A stretch of DNA of 64,000 nt from Patescibacteria group bacterium (GTDB lineage Bacteria; Patescibacteriota; Minisyncoccia; Phycocordibacterales; Phycocordibacteraceae), in NCBI GenBank assembly GCA_038064695.1, contig JBBTSO010000005.1, positions 106,070-170,069 of the forward strand. The letters run 5' to 3'. Below the pieces are notes generated by a model, which worked only from the letters and a program-made list of their open reading frames with translations, was not told where the DNA came from and made no database searches. Of the stretch, positions 47,565 to 57,709 are shown in pieces; the stretch's first letter is position 1, and each line of letters starts with the position of its first letter. The translations under genes and the position numbers were made by a program.

Positions 47565-50450
47565 CTACTGACATGATTCGCAGGTCACTTCGGGCGACCG
47601 GTGGAGTTTTATTTCTCTTTTAGGAAGAGGTGCTACTGGTATTGCCGATTGCAAAGGCACTGAGTGACTCTGTGGAGTCACCGGTGCCTCAGTAGGTGCC
47701 ACTGCTACCGGACCCTCAGCGTGAGAGCGTTTGTGCGTTGAACCGAACTCCTGGGTGGAAACGGTAGATTTTTCCACCTGGGTCGCCGCCAATGAACGGA
47801 GGTAGTACGTGGTTTTGAGTCCCAAACGCCACCCGTAGAAATAAATTTCTGAGAGTTCCTTCCCGCTTGAACCATTGAAAAATATGTTCAGAGACTGCGA
47901 CTGATCAATCCACTTTCCACGATACGCCGCCGCGCGCACGAGCCAACGCATATCAACCTCAAACACTTCTTTGTATTTATTTTTGATTGCTTCGGGGATG
48001 CCCGCAATCTGAGCGATAGAGCCGTCGCGATATTTCAATTCGTTCAACATCGCATCATTCCACAAACCAATTTTCTTTAAGTCCCGCACCAAGTATGGAT
48101 TTACCATCGTAAAGTCGCCACTAATGTTTGATTCTACAAAAATGTTTTTGTAAATCGGTTCAATAGCGGGAACTGAGCCCACAATGTTGGAGATAGTCGC
48201 GGTCGGAGCAATTGCCATACAGTTACTATTTCGCATACCGTACTGTTTTATTGCTTCACGCACCACTCCCCAATCCATCGTGGTTTCGCGTGATACTTCA
48301 ATCACTTCGCCGCGCTCTTGTTCAAGAAGCGCAATGGTATCAATCGGCAATAATCCGCGATCCCATTTTGAATCTTTGAACGTCTGGTACGCGCCACGCT
48401 CTTTCGCTAATGAGACCGACGCGAGAATCGCGTAGTAGCTCACCACTTCCATACTCATGTCAGCAAACGCAACGCAGCGCTCTGAAGCAAAATCAATATC
48501 AAGTAAGTAGAGCGCGTCTTGGAAGCCCATAACACCAAGCCCCACGGGGCGGTGCTTCAAGTTAGAGAATTTTGCCTCGTCCGTTGGGTAGAAGTTAATG
48601 TCAATGACGTTGTCCAACATGCGCATTGCTACCATGACTGTTTCTTTTACTCGTTCTTTGTCAAACACACCGTTGACGACGTGGCGCGCAAAGTTTACTG
48701 AGCCCAGGTTACACACCGCGGTTTCTTCTTTAGAAGTGTTGAGGGTGATTTCAGTACAGAGGTTTGAATTGTGCACCACTCCCACGTGATCTTGAGGAGA
48801 ACGAATGTTTGAAGGATCTTTGAACGTAATCCATGGGTGACCTGTTTCAAACAACATACCGAGCATCTTCTTCCACAATTCTTGCGCGGGAATTTTCTTC
48901 GCCAATTTAATTTTTCCTTCGTCAGCCATTTTCTCGTACCGTTCGTACGCCTCTTCAAAACGCTTACCGTAGAGGTGGTGGAGGTCAGGTACTTCGTCAG
49001 GTGAAAAGAGTGTCCACTCCCTGCCATCACGAACCCGCTTCATAAACAAGTCAGGAATCCAATGCGCGGTATTGATGTCGTGAGTACGTCGTCGCTCGTC
49101 TCCGGTGTTCTTACGGAGCTCCAAAAAGTCAATAATATCAGCGTGCCAGGTTTCCAAATAGACCGCTGTTGCGCCACGGCGTCGGCCTGAGCGGTTTATA
49201 GCGACTGTTACGTCGTTTGCAATTTTTAAGAATGGAATAACACCCTGTGAACCAAATCCTGCCTTTTTAATAAGGGCTCCCGTTGCGCGAATGTTTGTCC
49301 AGTCAGTACCGATACCCCCTGCCCATTTAGAAAGCTGCGCGTTGTCTCCGTAGACTTTAAAGATGTGCTCCAGATCATCTTCCACGGTGTTGAGGTAACA
49401 ACTTGAAAGCTGCGAGTGAGGCGTACCCGCGTGAAAGAGTGTTGGCGTTGAGGGAGTGAAGTAGAGACTGCTCATTACCTGGTAGAACTGTTTCGCGTAC
49501 TTTTCTTTCTCGGCTTCTTCTTTAGCGAGCCCCATGGCAACGCGCATAAATAGAAACTGTGGTGTTTCCAAAAAGCGTTTATCTTTTCCTTTTACAAAGT
49601 AACGGTCAGCGAGTGTTTGCACACCGAGGTAGCGCAAAAGTCGGTCGCGCGATGGTGTCAGTTCACGTGCAAGCTCATCGAGGTTGTATGAGAGGAGCGA
49701 TTCGTCGTACCGTTTCTCCACGACACCTTCTTTAATATTCTCAACGAACGCGGCACGGTACGTGCTGAGGAACGCATCGTCTGAAATGTTGTTAGGAATA
49801 GTGGTAACGTTTGTGGTTTCTTCGTACAAGTCACGAAGTAACAAACGCGCAGCGAGTGCGTCGTACACAGGATCGCGTTCAATCATAGAACGCACGACTG
49901 AGATTAAGAGGCGCGAAATTTCTTTCGTCGTAATACCGTCGTACACTTCTCGTTTGAGTTGGTCCATCACCGTATCTAAATTCACGTCGCGCGACTCTTC
50001 CTCACTTAACATCTCACGCATCATTTTTAAAATTCGTGCGGGAGAAAAAATGTCAGGAGCGCCGTCATCCTTCTCAATCAAGAGCGCGTTCGCGTCAATT
50101 TTTTCTTCAACAATTTTTTTCTCCTGTTCGCGAATTTTTGCGTGCTCGTATCGATAGATAATGTAACTCTTCGCGACATCAAAATACCCGCGCTCCATCA
50201 ATCCTCGTTCAACGTTGTCTTGAATTTCCTCTACTGAGGGAATTTGTGCGGTTCCTGAGTAGCGAACGCGAATTTTTTCACCTACCCCTGCGGCGATTGC
50301 TTGCGCTTCATCGGTGTGTGGCGTCTTTAACACATCCAAAAACGCTTTTTGAATAGCGAGAGAAATTTTTTCTTGATTGAAGTCAGCAATACTGCCGTTT
50401 CGTTTTTTTATTTTCTGAGTTACCGACATGGGGTTTGTATTTCGCGTCAC
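47565..50450 (-). CDS. nrdA: Class I ribonucleotide reductase alpha subunit with two ATP cones
   Basis: QLSSC, SNLCTE, VCNLGS, IAPTAT, KTTYY, terminal CESCQ; start may be ATG 50429. Confidence 0.97.
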   Translation of the reverse strand: MTRNTNPMSVTQKIKKRNGSIADFNQEKISLAIQKAFLDVLKTPHTDEAQAIAAGVGEKIRVRYSGTAQIPSVEEIQDNVERGLMERGYFDVAKSYIIYRYEHAKIREQEKKIVEEKIDANALLIEKDDGAPDIFSPARILKMMREMLSEEESRDVNLDTVMDQLKREVYDGITTKEISRLLISVVRSMIERDPVYDALAARLLLRDLYEETTNVTTIPNNISDDAFLSTYRAAFVENIKEGVVEKRYDESLLSYNLDELARELTPSRDRLLRYLGVQTLADRYFVKGKDKRFLETPQFLFMRVAMGLAKEEAEKEKYAKQFYQVMSSLYFTPSTPTLFHAGTPHSQLSSCYLNTVEDDLEHIFKVYGDNAQLSKWAGGIGTDWTNIRATGALIKKAGFGSQGVIPFLKIANDVTVAINRSGRRRGATAVYLETWHADIIDFLELRKNTGDERRRTHDINTAHWIPDLFMKRVRDGREWTLFSPDEVPDLHHLYGKRFEEAYERYEKMADEGKIKLAKKIPAQELWKKMLGMLFETGHPWITFKDPSNIRSPQDHVGVVHNSNLCTEITLNTSKEETAVCNLGSVNFARHVVNGVFDKERVKETVMVAMRMLDNVIDINFYPTDEAKFSNLKHRPVGLGVMGFQDALYLLDIDFASERCVAFADMSMEVVSYYAILASVSLAKERGAYQTFKDSKWDRGLLPIDTIALLEQERGEVIEVSRETTMDWGVVREAIKQYGMRNSNCMAIAPTATISNIVGSVPAIEPIYKNIFVESNISGDFTMVNPYLVRDLKKIGLWNDAMLNELKYRDGSIAQIAGIPEAIKNKYKEVFEVDMRWLVRAAAYRGKWIDQSQSLNIFFNGSSGKELSEIYFYGWRLGLKTTYYLRSLAATQVEKSTVSTQEFGSTHKRSHAEGPVAVAPTEAPVTPQSHSVPLQSAIPVAPLPKREIKLHRSPEVTCESCQ

Positions 50451-50717
50451 CTGAATGACATTACTGCGTTATTAATATGTGCGCATCATAGAACAGTGAT
50501 GAAAACGAATGTTGTCAAGAGTGTCGTTTTCGTCGTTACTGTTGGTCCAACTTCTTGGAAGTCCATTCTACATCATTGAGAGATTTCGCGCGTGTCACGC
50601 GCTCACTCGACACCTGTGGATTAGAGTCACAACGGAATAAAAAATGAGTGTGTCAAACGAGGCACGAAAATGGCGCGTATGTACGCGCCATTTCAGGAAC
50701 TTTTTTATGGTCACTTT

Positions 50718-51716
50718 TTAGAGCATTTCCATATTTGGCGTATATCCCCCTGCATCAGCTGCCACATTCAGCGTCAGCCGCTTCAAAAATGCAGCTTGTG
50801 CTTCATCCCACATCTCTTGGTTCCCTGCCCACGTTGACAACACCGGTTCTTGGAGCGCGCGCGAGAACGAAAAGGTAATCGGCCATGGATGCGGTTCAAG
50901 TCGCGCAATAGCATTCAAGTTTGCGGTCGCCTCAATGGGTGTTTGACCTCCTGAAAGAAATACCACGCCGCCCGCGTTTTCAGGAACAGTAGTGCGAAGC
51001 GCTCGCACGGTGCGTTCAGCAACCTCATGAGAGGCCGCGCGCATATCCGCGCTCTTCCCAGACACGGCCATACTCGTTTTTAGAATTACTTTTGTTATAT
51101 CAACATTCTTTTCTTTGAGAGCATCGTACACAATCGCGAGTGATTCAATAAGTGCACCCTCTGCATCTTCGGCAGAATGAATTCCTTCCATCAACACTTC
51201 AGGCTCTACAATGGGAACGATATCAAGTTCGTGACACACGCGTGCATATTCAGCCAAACGCTTTGCGTTTTCTTTTATCGCCGGGTCGCCGTACCCGTCA
51301 CCAACGCGCGCGACCGCGCGCCACTTTGCAAACGAAGCGCCAAAATTTTTATACTCTTGTAAACGAGTTGCCAATCCTTCTAACCCTTTGGTTACTTGTC
51401 CACCAGGAACATCTTCAAGACCTTGATCAACTTTAATTCCAGGCAAAATATTTTTTGAAAGCAACAGCTGAGGAAACGTGGTACCGTCACTCGACATCTG
51501 ACGTATAGTTTCATCAAACAAAATTACTCCTGAAAGATACTGTTCAGCACCCGGCGTGGTAAATAACAACTCGCGATATTTTCTTCTATTTTCTTCGTTC
51601 GACGGAACGTTGACCGACGCAAAACGCTTATCGGCGGTCGCTGAACTTTCATCTGCTGCTAAAATTCCTTTCCCCTGCTGCATAAGGGCACTCACGGTGT
51701 TCGTTAATGTATCCAT
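50718..51716 (-). CDS. Class I fructose-bisphosphate aldolase
   Basis: KGILAADES, GIKVDQG, FAKWR, VPIVEPEV, FLSGGQ, FSFSRALQ; start re-called at ATG 51716. Confidence 0.95.
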   Translation of the reverse strand: MDTLTNTVSALMQQGKGILAADESSATADKRFASVNVPSNEENRRKYRELLFTTPGAEQYLSGVILFDETIRQMSSDGTTFPQLLLSKNILPGIKVDQGLEDVPGGQVTKGLEGLATRLQEYKNFGASFAKWRAVARVGDGYGDPAIKENAKRLAEYARVCHELDIVPIVEPEVLMEGIHSAEDAEGALIESLAIVYDALKEKNVDITKVILKTSMAVSGKSADMRAASHEVAERTVRALRTTVPENAGGVVFLSGGQTPIEATANLNAIARLEPHPWPITFSFSRALQEPVLSTWAGNQEMWDEAQAAFLKRLTLNVAADAGGYTPNMEML

Positions 51717-51769
51717 ATAAACCCTAGTATACCGTGCCCGCAAAATGAATCACAAGACACGCCTCGCGC

Positions 51770-52492
51770 TTAATTCACCTTTGATTCAGGCTGAGGTACG
51801 CCGAGAATATCAGTACACACCGCGCGCGTCGGGCGTGGAAGCTTGGCAAAAAACGCACCGGCCAATACGTAGAACATCATATGAAGCAAAATCGCCCACA
51901 CTATCCCCGCAGGAACGAAGAGAATGAAGAAAGGAATGGCAAATGCCCCGCCGAGAGAAAGCCCTGTATAGTAGAGCCCCCAAATAAAGCCCGACGTAAA
52001 AAATAAATACACATGTGAAAGGAGAAATAGCCCAATGAATGAAAATACAATAAGGTCGTACGGGACTCCTGCAACGTGGAGAAGTAAGATAAAAATACCC
52101 CCCGCCAACTGCTGCGACACCACGTCGCCTACTTTGGCAACCACATAACTTTCTTCCAACGTGAGCATGGTTTGTGTAGGAAATGTTTCATAGAGCCAGG
52201 TGGGGGCTCCAATTTTTTTTCGAAGCATACGATACGTGAAGGGAAAAACCACAAACACCATGAAAAGAAGCAGCACGTACCCGAAGCTGTTTACTTCATG
52301 AAAGAGGGTACGCACTTCCTCGGGAAATAAACCAATCAAGAGGAGCGACGCGAAACTAAAGTACAACAGTGAACGCACTGGTGCGTCAGCGAATGTCACG
52401 TGGAGACGCGACTGCAACCACGCGACATACACGTAGCGAACTAAGATTGCCACTACCACAATGAGGGTGAGCGAGAAAACGAAAGTATTCAT
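51770..52492 (-). CDS. Polytopic membrane protein (possibly CPBP/Abi-like)
   Basis: About 7 TM; FLLSH and ILLHMMF His motifs, but the EE motif is absent. Confidence 0.7.
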   Translation of the reverse strand: MNTFVFSLTLIVVVAILVRYVYVAWLQSRLHVTFADAPVRSLLYFSFASLLLIGLFPEEVRTLFHEVNSFGYVLLLFMVFVVFPFTYRMLRKKIGAPTWLYETFPTQTMLTLEESYVVAKVGDVVSQQLAGGIFILLLHVAGVPYDLIVFSFIGLFLLSHVYLFFTSGFIWGLYYTGLSLGGAFAIPFFILFVPAGIVWAILLHMMFYVLAGAFFAKLPRPTRAVCTDILGVPQPESKVN

Positions 52493-52501
52493 GAAAGCAA
52501 A

Positions 52502-52975
52502 CTACTCAAAACGAATGGGAATTTCAAGCGCGGCATCATTCTCTGGCAACCCGGAAGGATTATCGCGTTTAAAAATGAGTGCACCGCGTTCATTATAAAT
52601 TGGTTTTGTAAAAGTAAGTGTTACCGAGAAGGGTACAAATTCTTCCGTCATCCACTCATCTTGTGCTTGTGCGATTCCTTCCGCGATAATCAAGCCGTCC
52701 CAATCAACCACGATGACGGGAAACGACGCTTCAAAAAACCAAAACCCGCGCGCCATGCCATGTACAGTGAGTGGTGACGAAATATACTGCCCCGGCACAA
52801 GTTCATCAACCACAATTAAGTCAGCTGACGCGTTTGAGTATGCTACTTCTAAAGCGGGTGGAGTGTCGGGGAGCTCGGTATTAGAAAGTTCAGGATTTTT
52901 AATAAACCCATTCCACGCCACCAAAGAAAAGAGACCGAACACTAGAATGATGAATCCGATATGTTGTATCTTCAT
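52502..52975 (-). CDS. Gmad2 immunoglobulin-like domain protein
   Basis: ISSPLTVHGMARGFWFFEASFPV...WMTEEFVPF...DNPSGLPE. Confidence 0.85.
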   Translation of the reverse strand: MKIQHIGFIILVFGLFSLVAWNGFIKNPELSNTELPDTPPALEVAYSNASADLIVVDELVPGQYISSPLTVHGMARGFWFFEASFPVIVVDWDGLIIAEGIAQAQDEWMTEEFVPFSVTLTFTKPIYNERGALIFKRDNPSGLPENDAALEIPIRFE

Positions 52976-53005
52976 ATCGCTTTAGTATATCAGGGTCAGA
53001 AAAAA

Positions 53006-54031
53006 CTATATTTCTCCAAACTCACCACGAAGCACGTCAGTCACTCCCACGAAAGCACGCGTAGAAACGTCATACTCACTGACAAAAGTTTTAATATTTT
53101 CGGTTATCTGTGCCTCAATTCTATTTTTTAAAACACGCTCTGAGGTGCCCTTCGCAAGCACGAACGAATACCACGGAAAACGCACCGTGGTCGTTTGAAG
53201 TGACCCTTGCGCAAAGGTAGCCGAAACAACGAGCGGATACCGCGTGGGAATAAAACCAAAGAGACGTCCGAACGCTTTGTAGCGCGTCGTCAATACTCCG
53301 TTAGCAAACACGACATCGTCAATATATTGATCTTCTAACACTGCGGACGACACGAAGAGTGCAAAATCGTTTTGTGAAAAAACGCGCGCGCCACGCCCTG
53401 TACCACGGAGCAACACTTCTTTTTGAGGAATAGCGATGCGCACAATGCCAAGAGAGCGAAACGCATCACGTACTCGGTCACCAAAAAAACGAAGTTGTAG
53501 AATGCTACCACTGCTTCCACCAACTGTACTTCCACCACTGTTTTGATTTTCGTATATTGCTGTTATGGCTCCACTCCCTAACAAAGTAGCCAGAATTTCT
53601 TCAGCGAGCACCGTGCTTTGTGTTTGGGTAGGGGTAGTGCCTGGCGTGGCGGAAGACGAAAACGACTCGGTCGTTACCGTCACTGTAGTAATAACTGGCG
53701 CTACTTCATCTTCATCACTCGCTTCGTTGAAAACAAGTATACTCTCCACGGCGACGTCAGAAATTATAGGAGACGTTCCTTGGGTTGCGCCAAGATTCAC
53801 CACGCTGTCGTTCACAATAACTGATGTACCTGAAGGCCACGACGTCCCGCCACTCCCCACGGGAGGGTTGTTTTCTTCTGCACCGACAAACTCCACAATC
53901 TGCGAGTCGTTGAGGTACGTTGCGGCGAGTGTTCTTTCACGCTCTACAAAACGAATACCGGATTGGTAGGTAAGCCACGCGAATGAAAAGAAAACCACTA
54001 CCGCAAGAAGCAAAAATGGGAAGCGTTGCAT
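53006..54031 (-). CDS. Membrane-anchored hypothetical protein, paralog of 57710-58588
   Basis: TM, S/T-rich linker, GRLFGFIP...VRFPWYSF domain. Confidence 0.8.
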   Translation of the reverse strand: MQRFPFLLLAVVVFFSFAWLTYQSGIRFVERERTLAATYLNDSQIVEFVGAEENNPPVGSGGTSWPSGTSVIVNDSVVNLGATQGTSPIISDVAVESILVFNEASDEDEVAPVITTVTVTTESFSSSATPGTTPTQTQSTVLAEEILATLLGSGAITAIYENQNSGGSTVGGSSGSILQLRFFGDRVRDAFRSLGIVRIAIPQKEVLLRGTGRGARVFSQNDFALFVSSAVLEDQYIDDVVFANGVLTTRYKAFGRLFGFIPTRYPLVVSATFAQGSLQTTTVRFPWYSFVLAKGTSERVLKNRIEAQITENIKTFVSEYDVSTRAFVGVTDVLRGEFGEI

Positions 54032-54067
54032 ACGTGTATCGTATCACTTGAAACAAGCGCGCACGGC

Positions 54068-55618
54068 TTACGCGTGTGGGAGCGAAAACCAAAACACACT
54101 TCCCTTTCCTGTTCCCTCTGACTCAACACCCATATTGCCTCCGTGACGCTTAATAATATTTTTTGCCATAGCGAGACCTAAGCCCACTCCTTCGGTGTCC
54201 GCGCGTTTTGCCGCGTCAGTTCGGTAGAAACGGGTAAAGATTCTATGCTGTTCTTCTGATTCAACGCCAATGCCGTGATCGTGAATAGAGTAGTACGCCT
54301 TCCCTCCTTTTTGATACGTAATAATTTGTATCACCTCCCCTTGAGGAGAGTAGTTAATTGCATTTTCCATCAATACCTCAATGACTGAGGTCAGTCGTCG
54401 TAAGTCGCCCGTCACCGTAACCTCAGCATCACCGTGAAGATTAACGGTGAGTTTTTTAGCAGCAATGAAAGAGCTCATGCGCTCCAAGACTTCTTTGGTA
54501 AGCGCCGTAAGACCAACGTGCTCTTTTCGATACGCGTACTGTTGCGAAGTTTCCTCAGTAGTTTCAAAAAGAGCGTTGGTGAGTTCAATGAGACGGTTGG
54601 AGGAGCGTTGTATATGCTCCGCGAGTGCGCGCACGTCGGGTGTGGGATTAGTGTCAAGGAGTGAACGCACGCCCCAACTGATTTGGGTGAGCGGCGTGCG
54701 AAGTTTGTGAGTTGCCACGGTAATAAATTCGTACTTCACGCGATCATTTTCAACGAGCTTACTCCAAAAGAGTCGCCCCACCACAAAAGCAACTACGGAG
54801 GTAAAGATAGGAACCGTCCAGAACTGTACCCACGGCACCGTTTGCACCAAGAGGTCGTTGAGGAAGATAAGAAGAGTGAGAAGTGCGGCGAGTGTGGCAA
54901 TGCCGGCGGAGAAAAGTGCCGCGCGCGCAAATACCACGCGGATATTAAGAAGATTTTTTGCAACTACCCCATAGGCAAGCGGTATAAGCCCAAGCCCAAT
55001 AGGAGCACCAATCAAAGGGTCGATGGGGATATTAAAAACGAGTGCGAAATTCAAGTTACCAAACCCAAACCCAAACGCATACATTAAAAGGAAGTACTCA
55101 ATGCGCTCTCGGTCGTACCCACTCATGTACGCACGCAACATAGCAATGTACGGAATGAGGGCTCCAAAAATAAAAAAGACTACCATAACAAGGTAAAGCC
55201 ACCCCCCATCTAGGTACCATGGAAAATATAATTTTGGCGTTACCTGTGGCAAAAACCAACGTGGTTCAACGAGTGCTGTAATAAATATGCCGACGGCAAT
55301 AACCGTTGAGCCAATGAGGTACCAACGCCATTCTTTTAATTTATTAATAGCCGCGAGTATAACGGCGCTCGTGGTAACGGGGATTCCCACGTCAAGCAAA
55401 TTAGTAAACCAGACAAGGTACGCCAATTCATACGTGGGCATCAGCGGCCCCAATACCATTCCTGCTTCATAAATTGCAATAAAAATAAAGTTGAGGAAAA
55501 ATGCCTGATTGATAAATCGATTCGGATTTTGTAAAAATACAAAAAGTCCTGCTCCAAGAAGGATGAAGCCCGAGATGCCGTGAATGGCAATCGTGAGGAT
55601 GAGCTGGCTCGTAATCAT
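54068..55618 (-). CDS. Membrane sensor histidine kinase (7TM-type input)
   Basis: THKLRTPL, ENAINYS, DHGIG, GVGLGL, GKGSVF. Confidence 0.95.
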   Translation of the reverse strand: MITSQLILTIAIHGISGFILLGAGLFVFLQNPNRFINQAFFLNFIFIAIYEAGMVLGPLMPTYELAYLVWFTNLLDVGIPVTTSAVILAAINKLKEWRWYLIGSTVIAVGIFITALVEPRWFLPQVTPKLYFPWYLDGGWLYLVMVVFFIFGALIPYIAMLRAYMSGYDRERIEYFLLMYAFGFGFGNLNFALVFNIPIDPLIGAPIGLGLIPLAYGVVAKNLLNIRVVFARAALFSAGIATLAALLTLLIFLNDLLVQTVPWVQFWTVPIFTSVVAFVVGRLFWSKLVENDRVKYEFITVATHKLRTPLTQISWGVRSLLDTNPTPDVRALAEHIQRSSNRLIELTNALFETTEETSQQYAYRKEHVGLTALTKEVLERMSSFIAAKKLTVNLHGDAEVTVTGDLRRLTSVIEVLMENAINYSPQGEVIQIITYQKGGKAYYSIHDHGIGVESEEQHRIFTRFYRTDAAKRADTEGVGLGLAMAKNIIKRHGGNMGVESEGTGKGSVFWFSLPHA

Positions 55619-55651
55619 AACGTTCTCACCATAGAGAGAGGCACGTGCCGC

Positions 55652-56020
55652 CTATTGGAGAATGGTACGCGCAAGCGCGAGTACCTCGTTCGGGGTTGAA
55701 TTCACCTTCACTCTAAAATCAAGCGCTCCTAGGTCACGCGCGCGATCTTTATCTTCATGCGTTGATTGATTTGAAAAAACAACCACGGGAATTGTTTTTG
55801 TGGTGGCGTCTTCTTTCAGTTTTTTGAGGACATCAAATCCACTCATTTTGGGGAGAATGAGGTCAAGAAGAATGAGGTCAAATTTTTTCTCCTTCATCAT
55901 TTCAAACGCTGATTCACCATCTGCGGCAATCTCAGCTTCAAACCCATTCTCTTTCAGCTTGTTAATAATAGTCCTCCCAATAAAGGACTCATCTTCAATA
56001 TATAGAATACTTTTTGGCAT
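55652..56020 (-). CDS. Single-domain response regulator
   Basis: IEDE, LLDLILPKMSGF, VK. Confidence 0.95.
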   Translation of the reverse strand: MPKSILYIEDESFIGRTIINKLKENGFEAEIAADGESAFEMMKEKKFDLILLDLILPKMSGFDVLKKLKEDATTKTIPVVVFSNQSTHEDKDRARDLGALDFRVKVNSTPNEVLALARTILQ

Positions 56021-56058
56021 AGAGATAGTATACCCCGCTTACGCAAAGCCTGAATGTG

Positions 56059-56640
56059 CTATTTCCACTCCACGGCTTCAAGGAAAGAGTTAAAATCTCG
56101 CGCAATGAGTGATGTCTCATCAATAAACCCTCCAGAAAAGTGGTACATAAAATCGCCATAAGCTACCAGCACATTGTTCGTTACATAGAGGCCGTCAGTT
56201 TTAACCCGTACTCCTTTCTCTCCCGCAACACTCGCCAATACAGGTTCGCCAATGGCAAGATCGGCATTAACGGCGTAGGGATGTTCCAACATCCACACGT
56301 CAGGAGCTACATGCTGTGGGTTTGCAAACACCGCAACGTTTATGGTGGGTGGCCCCTCACGAGGAACATCACCGGAGGCCTGGAGTGCTTCGTAATCTGC
56401 TTTCAGCATAAAACTTGTTACGTGCTGCAAGTCAGAATCGTCTTGCGCGCTTGGTGTGTGTTCAGAGACAATATATCCATCGGGGTTAGTTCGATACGTC
56501 AATGAAAACCCAAATTCATCCGATGCGTACGTCGCGACTGATTCTTCTACGGGCGCCTCACGCTCCGGCGGAGTCACCAACACAAAAATACTGAGAAGTA
56601 ATAGGATGACCACCGCGAGTCCGATGCTTACATTTTTCAT
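56059..56640 (-). CDS. Membrane-anchored hypothetical protein
   Basis: TM; YASDEFGFSLTY PsbP-like start. Confidence 0.8.
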   Translation of the reverse strand: MKNVSIGLAVVILLLLSIFVLVTPPEREAPVEESVATYASDEFGFSLTYRTNPDGYIVSEHTPSAQDDSDLQHVTSFMLKADYEALQASGDVPREGPPTINVAVFANPQHVAPDVWMLEHPYAVNADLAIGEPVLASVAGEKGVRVKTDGLYVTNNVLVAYGDFMYHFSGGFIDETSLIARDFNSFLEAVEWK

Positions 56641-56685
56641 ATACCTACCAGTATACCGATGGTTATGAAATCAAAAAAGTGGTAT

Positions 56686-57156
56686 TTACACAGGGAGGTT
56701 TTCTTCCCAGGGAAAGTGGATCCACTCATTGGTTGGCATGACTGAAAAATCAGGCATCATTTTACAGTGATCGGTGTTCACCACGAATGTTGCTGTTTTT
56801 ACCTCGCCCGCGCTATAGGTAGATACTAAAAGTTCAGACAGCACTTTCTGTGTTTTTCCCGAATCGGCAATTTCATCAACGAGGAGAATTTTTTTATTTG
56901 AAAGATCAACGTTGGGAATATGGGTAATAGTGAGTTCCTTTTGAGACTGCGATTCGTAGGAACGCGCGGTAATGGTGGTTACATTGCGCACTCCTAAATC
57001 GCGCGCAAGTAAAGTGAGCGGCACCAAACCACCAATCGCAATACCAATCAGCATGTCGGGGACAAAGCCACTTTCACGCACGCGACGCGCAAGGAGGGCA
57101 GAGAGCTCTTCAACTTCTTGCCATGAAAGATGCTTAATGGCTGGAGCGGAAGTCAT
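56686..57156 (-). CDS. Purine phosphoribosyltransferase (Gpt/Hpt-like)
   Basis: LSW, IGG, LLVDEIADSGKT, WIHFPWE. Confidence 0.9.
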   Translation of the reverse strand: MTSAPAIKHLSWQEVEELSALLARRVRESGFVPDMLIGIAIGGLVPLTLLARDLGVRNVTTITARSYESQSQKELTITHIPNVDLSNKKILLVDEIADSGKTQKVLSELLVSTYSAGEVKTATFVVNTDHCKMMPDFSVMPTNEWIHFPWEENLPV

Positions 57157-57206
57157 AGGTAGAAAAAGTATATACCACTTAGGTGAAAATAGTTAAAAGA
57201 GTCCAC

Positions 57207-57557
57207 TCACTTCCCTACAGTCCATGAAGGAACAAACCACTTTGAACACCCGATGCGCTTGCAACTCCACGCATGGTAATCCTGGTTATATTTCCAATCG
57301 TGTGGAAGATTACCCAAACACGTTTCGTCTTCCCACCGGTCCACCGCGTGAGCCCTCGTTGGTCCATCTATTTCTTCAACTAAACGCAAAGAGGACATTT
57401 CTGAACGAACGCCGTCTACAAGAAAATCGGTGGCATAGTACAGCGTGGCGCCGGCAGCGAGCAAAAAACCCCACGTAAGCGTGGGGTTTTGTAAAGCGCG
57501 TGAGGCGACTGATGACTCGTGGGGAGCGGAACCTTCTCGGGATCCAATAATCGCCAT
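57207..57557 (-). CDS. Small single-TM orphan with C..H..Cx4C tail
   Basis: TM; CLGNLPHDW...SCKRIGC. Confidence 0.6.
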   Translation of the reverse strand: MAIIGSREGSAPHESSVASRALQNPTLTWGFLLAAGATLYYATDFLVDGVRSEMSSLRLVEEIDGPTRAHAVDRWEDETCLGNLPHDWKYNQDYHAWSCKRIGCSKWFVPSWTVGK

Positions 57558-57709
57558 AGTGTATACCCCGTAGAGTAGCAGGGTAAATCAAAAACTCCCT
57601 GTGGAAAAGTGAGTAATTGCTTTTGTATTAGATTGCATCAATACAAAAATTTGCCAAGCACGAGAACACCGACTACCACAAGGTACGACCTTTTCATAGG
57701 CGAGGTATG

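Noticed and set aside
47565-50450. Intein or intron in the long nrdA
   Set aside because: Length is explained by two ATP cones and a Pro/Ala-rich C-terminal linker; no splice-junction motifs seen.
57465-57490. Perfect 11-bp hairpin inside ORF 57207-57557
   Set aside because: Single occurrence with no match to the repeat family; could be a terminator or chance.
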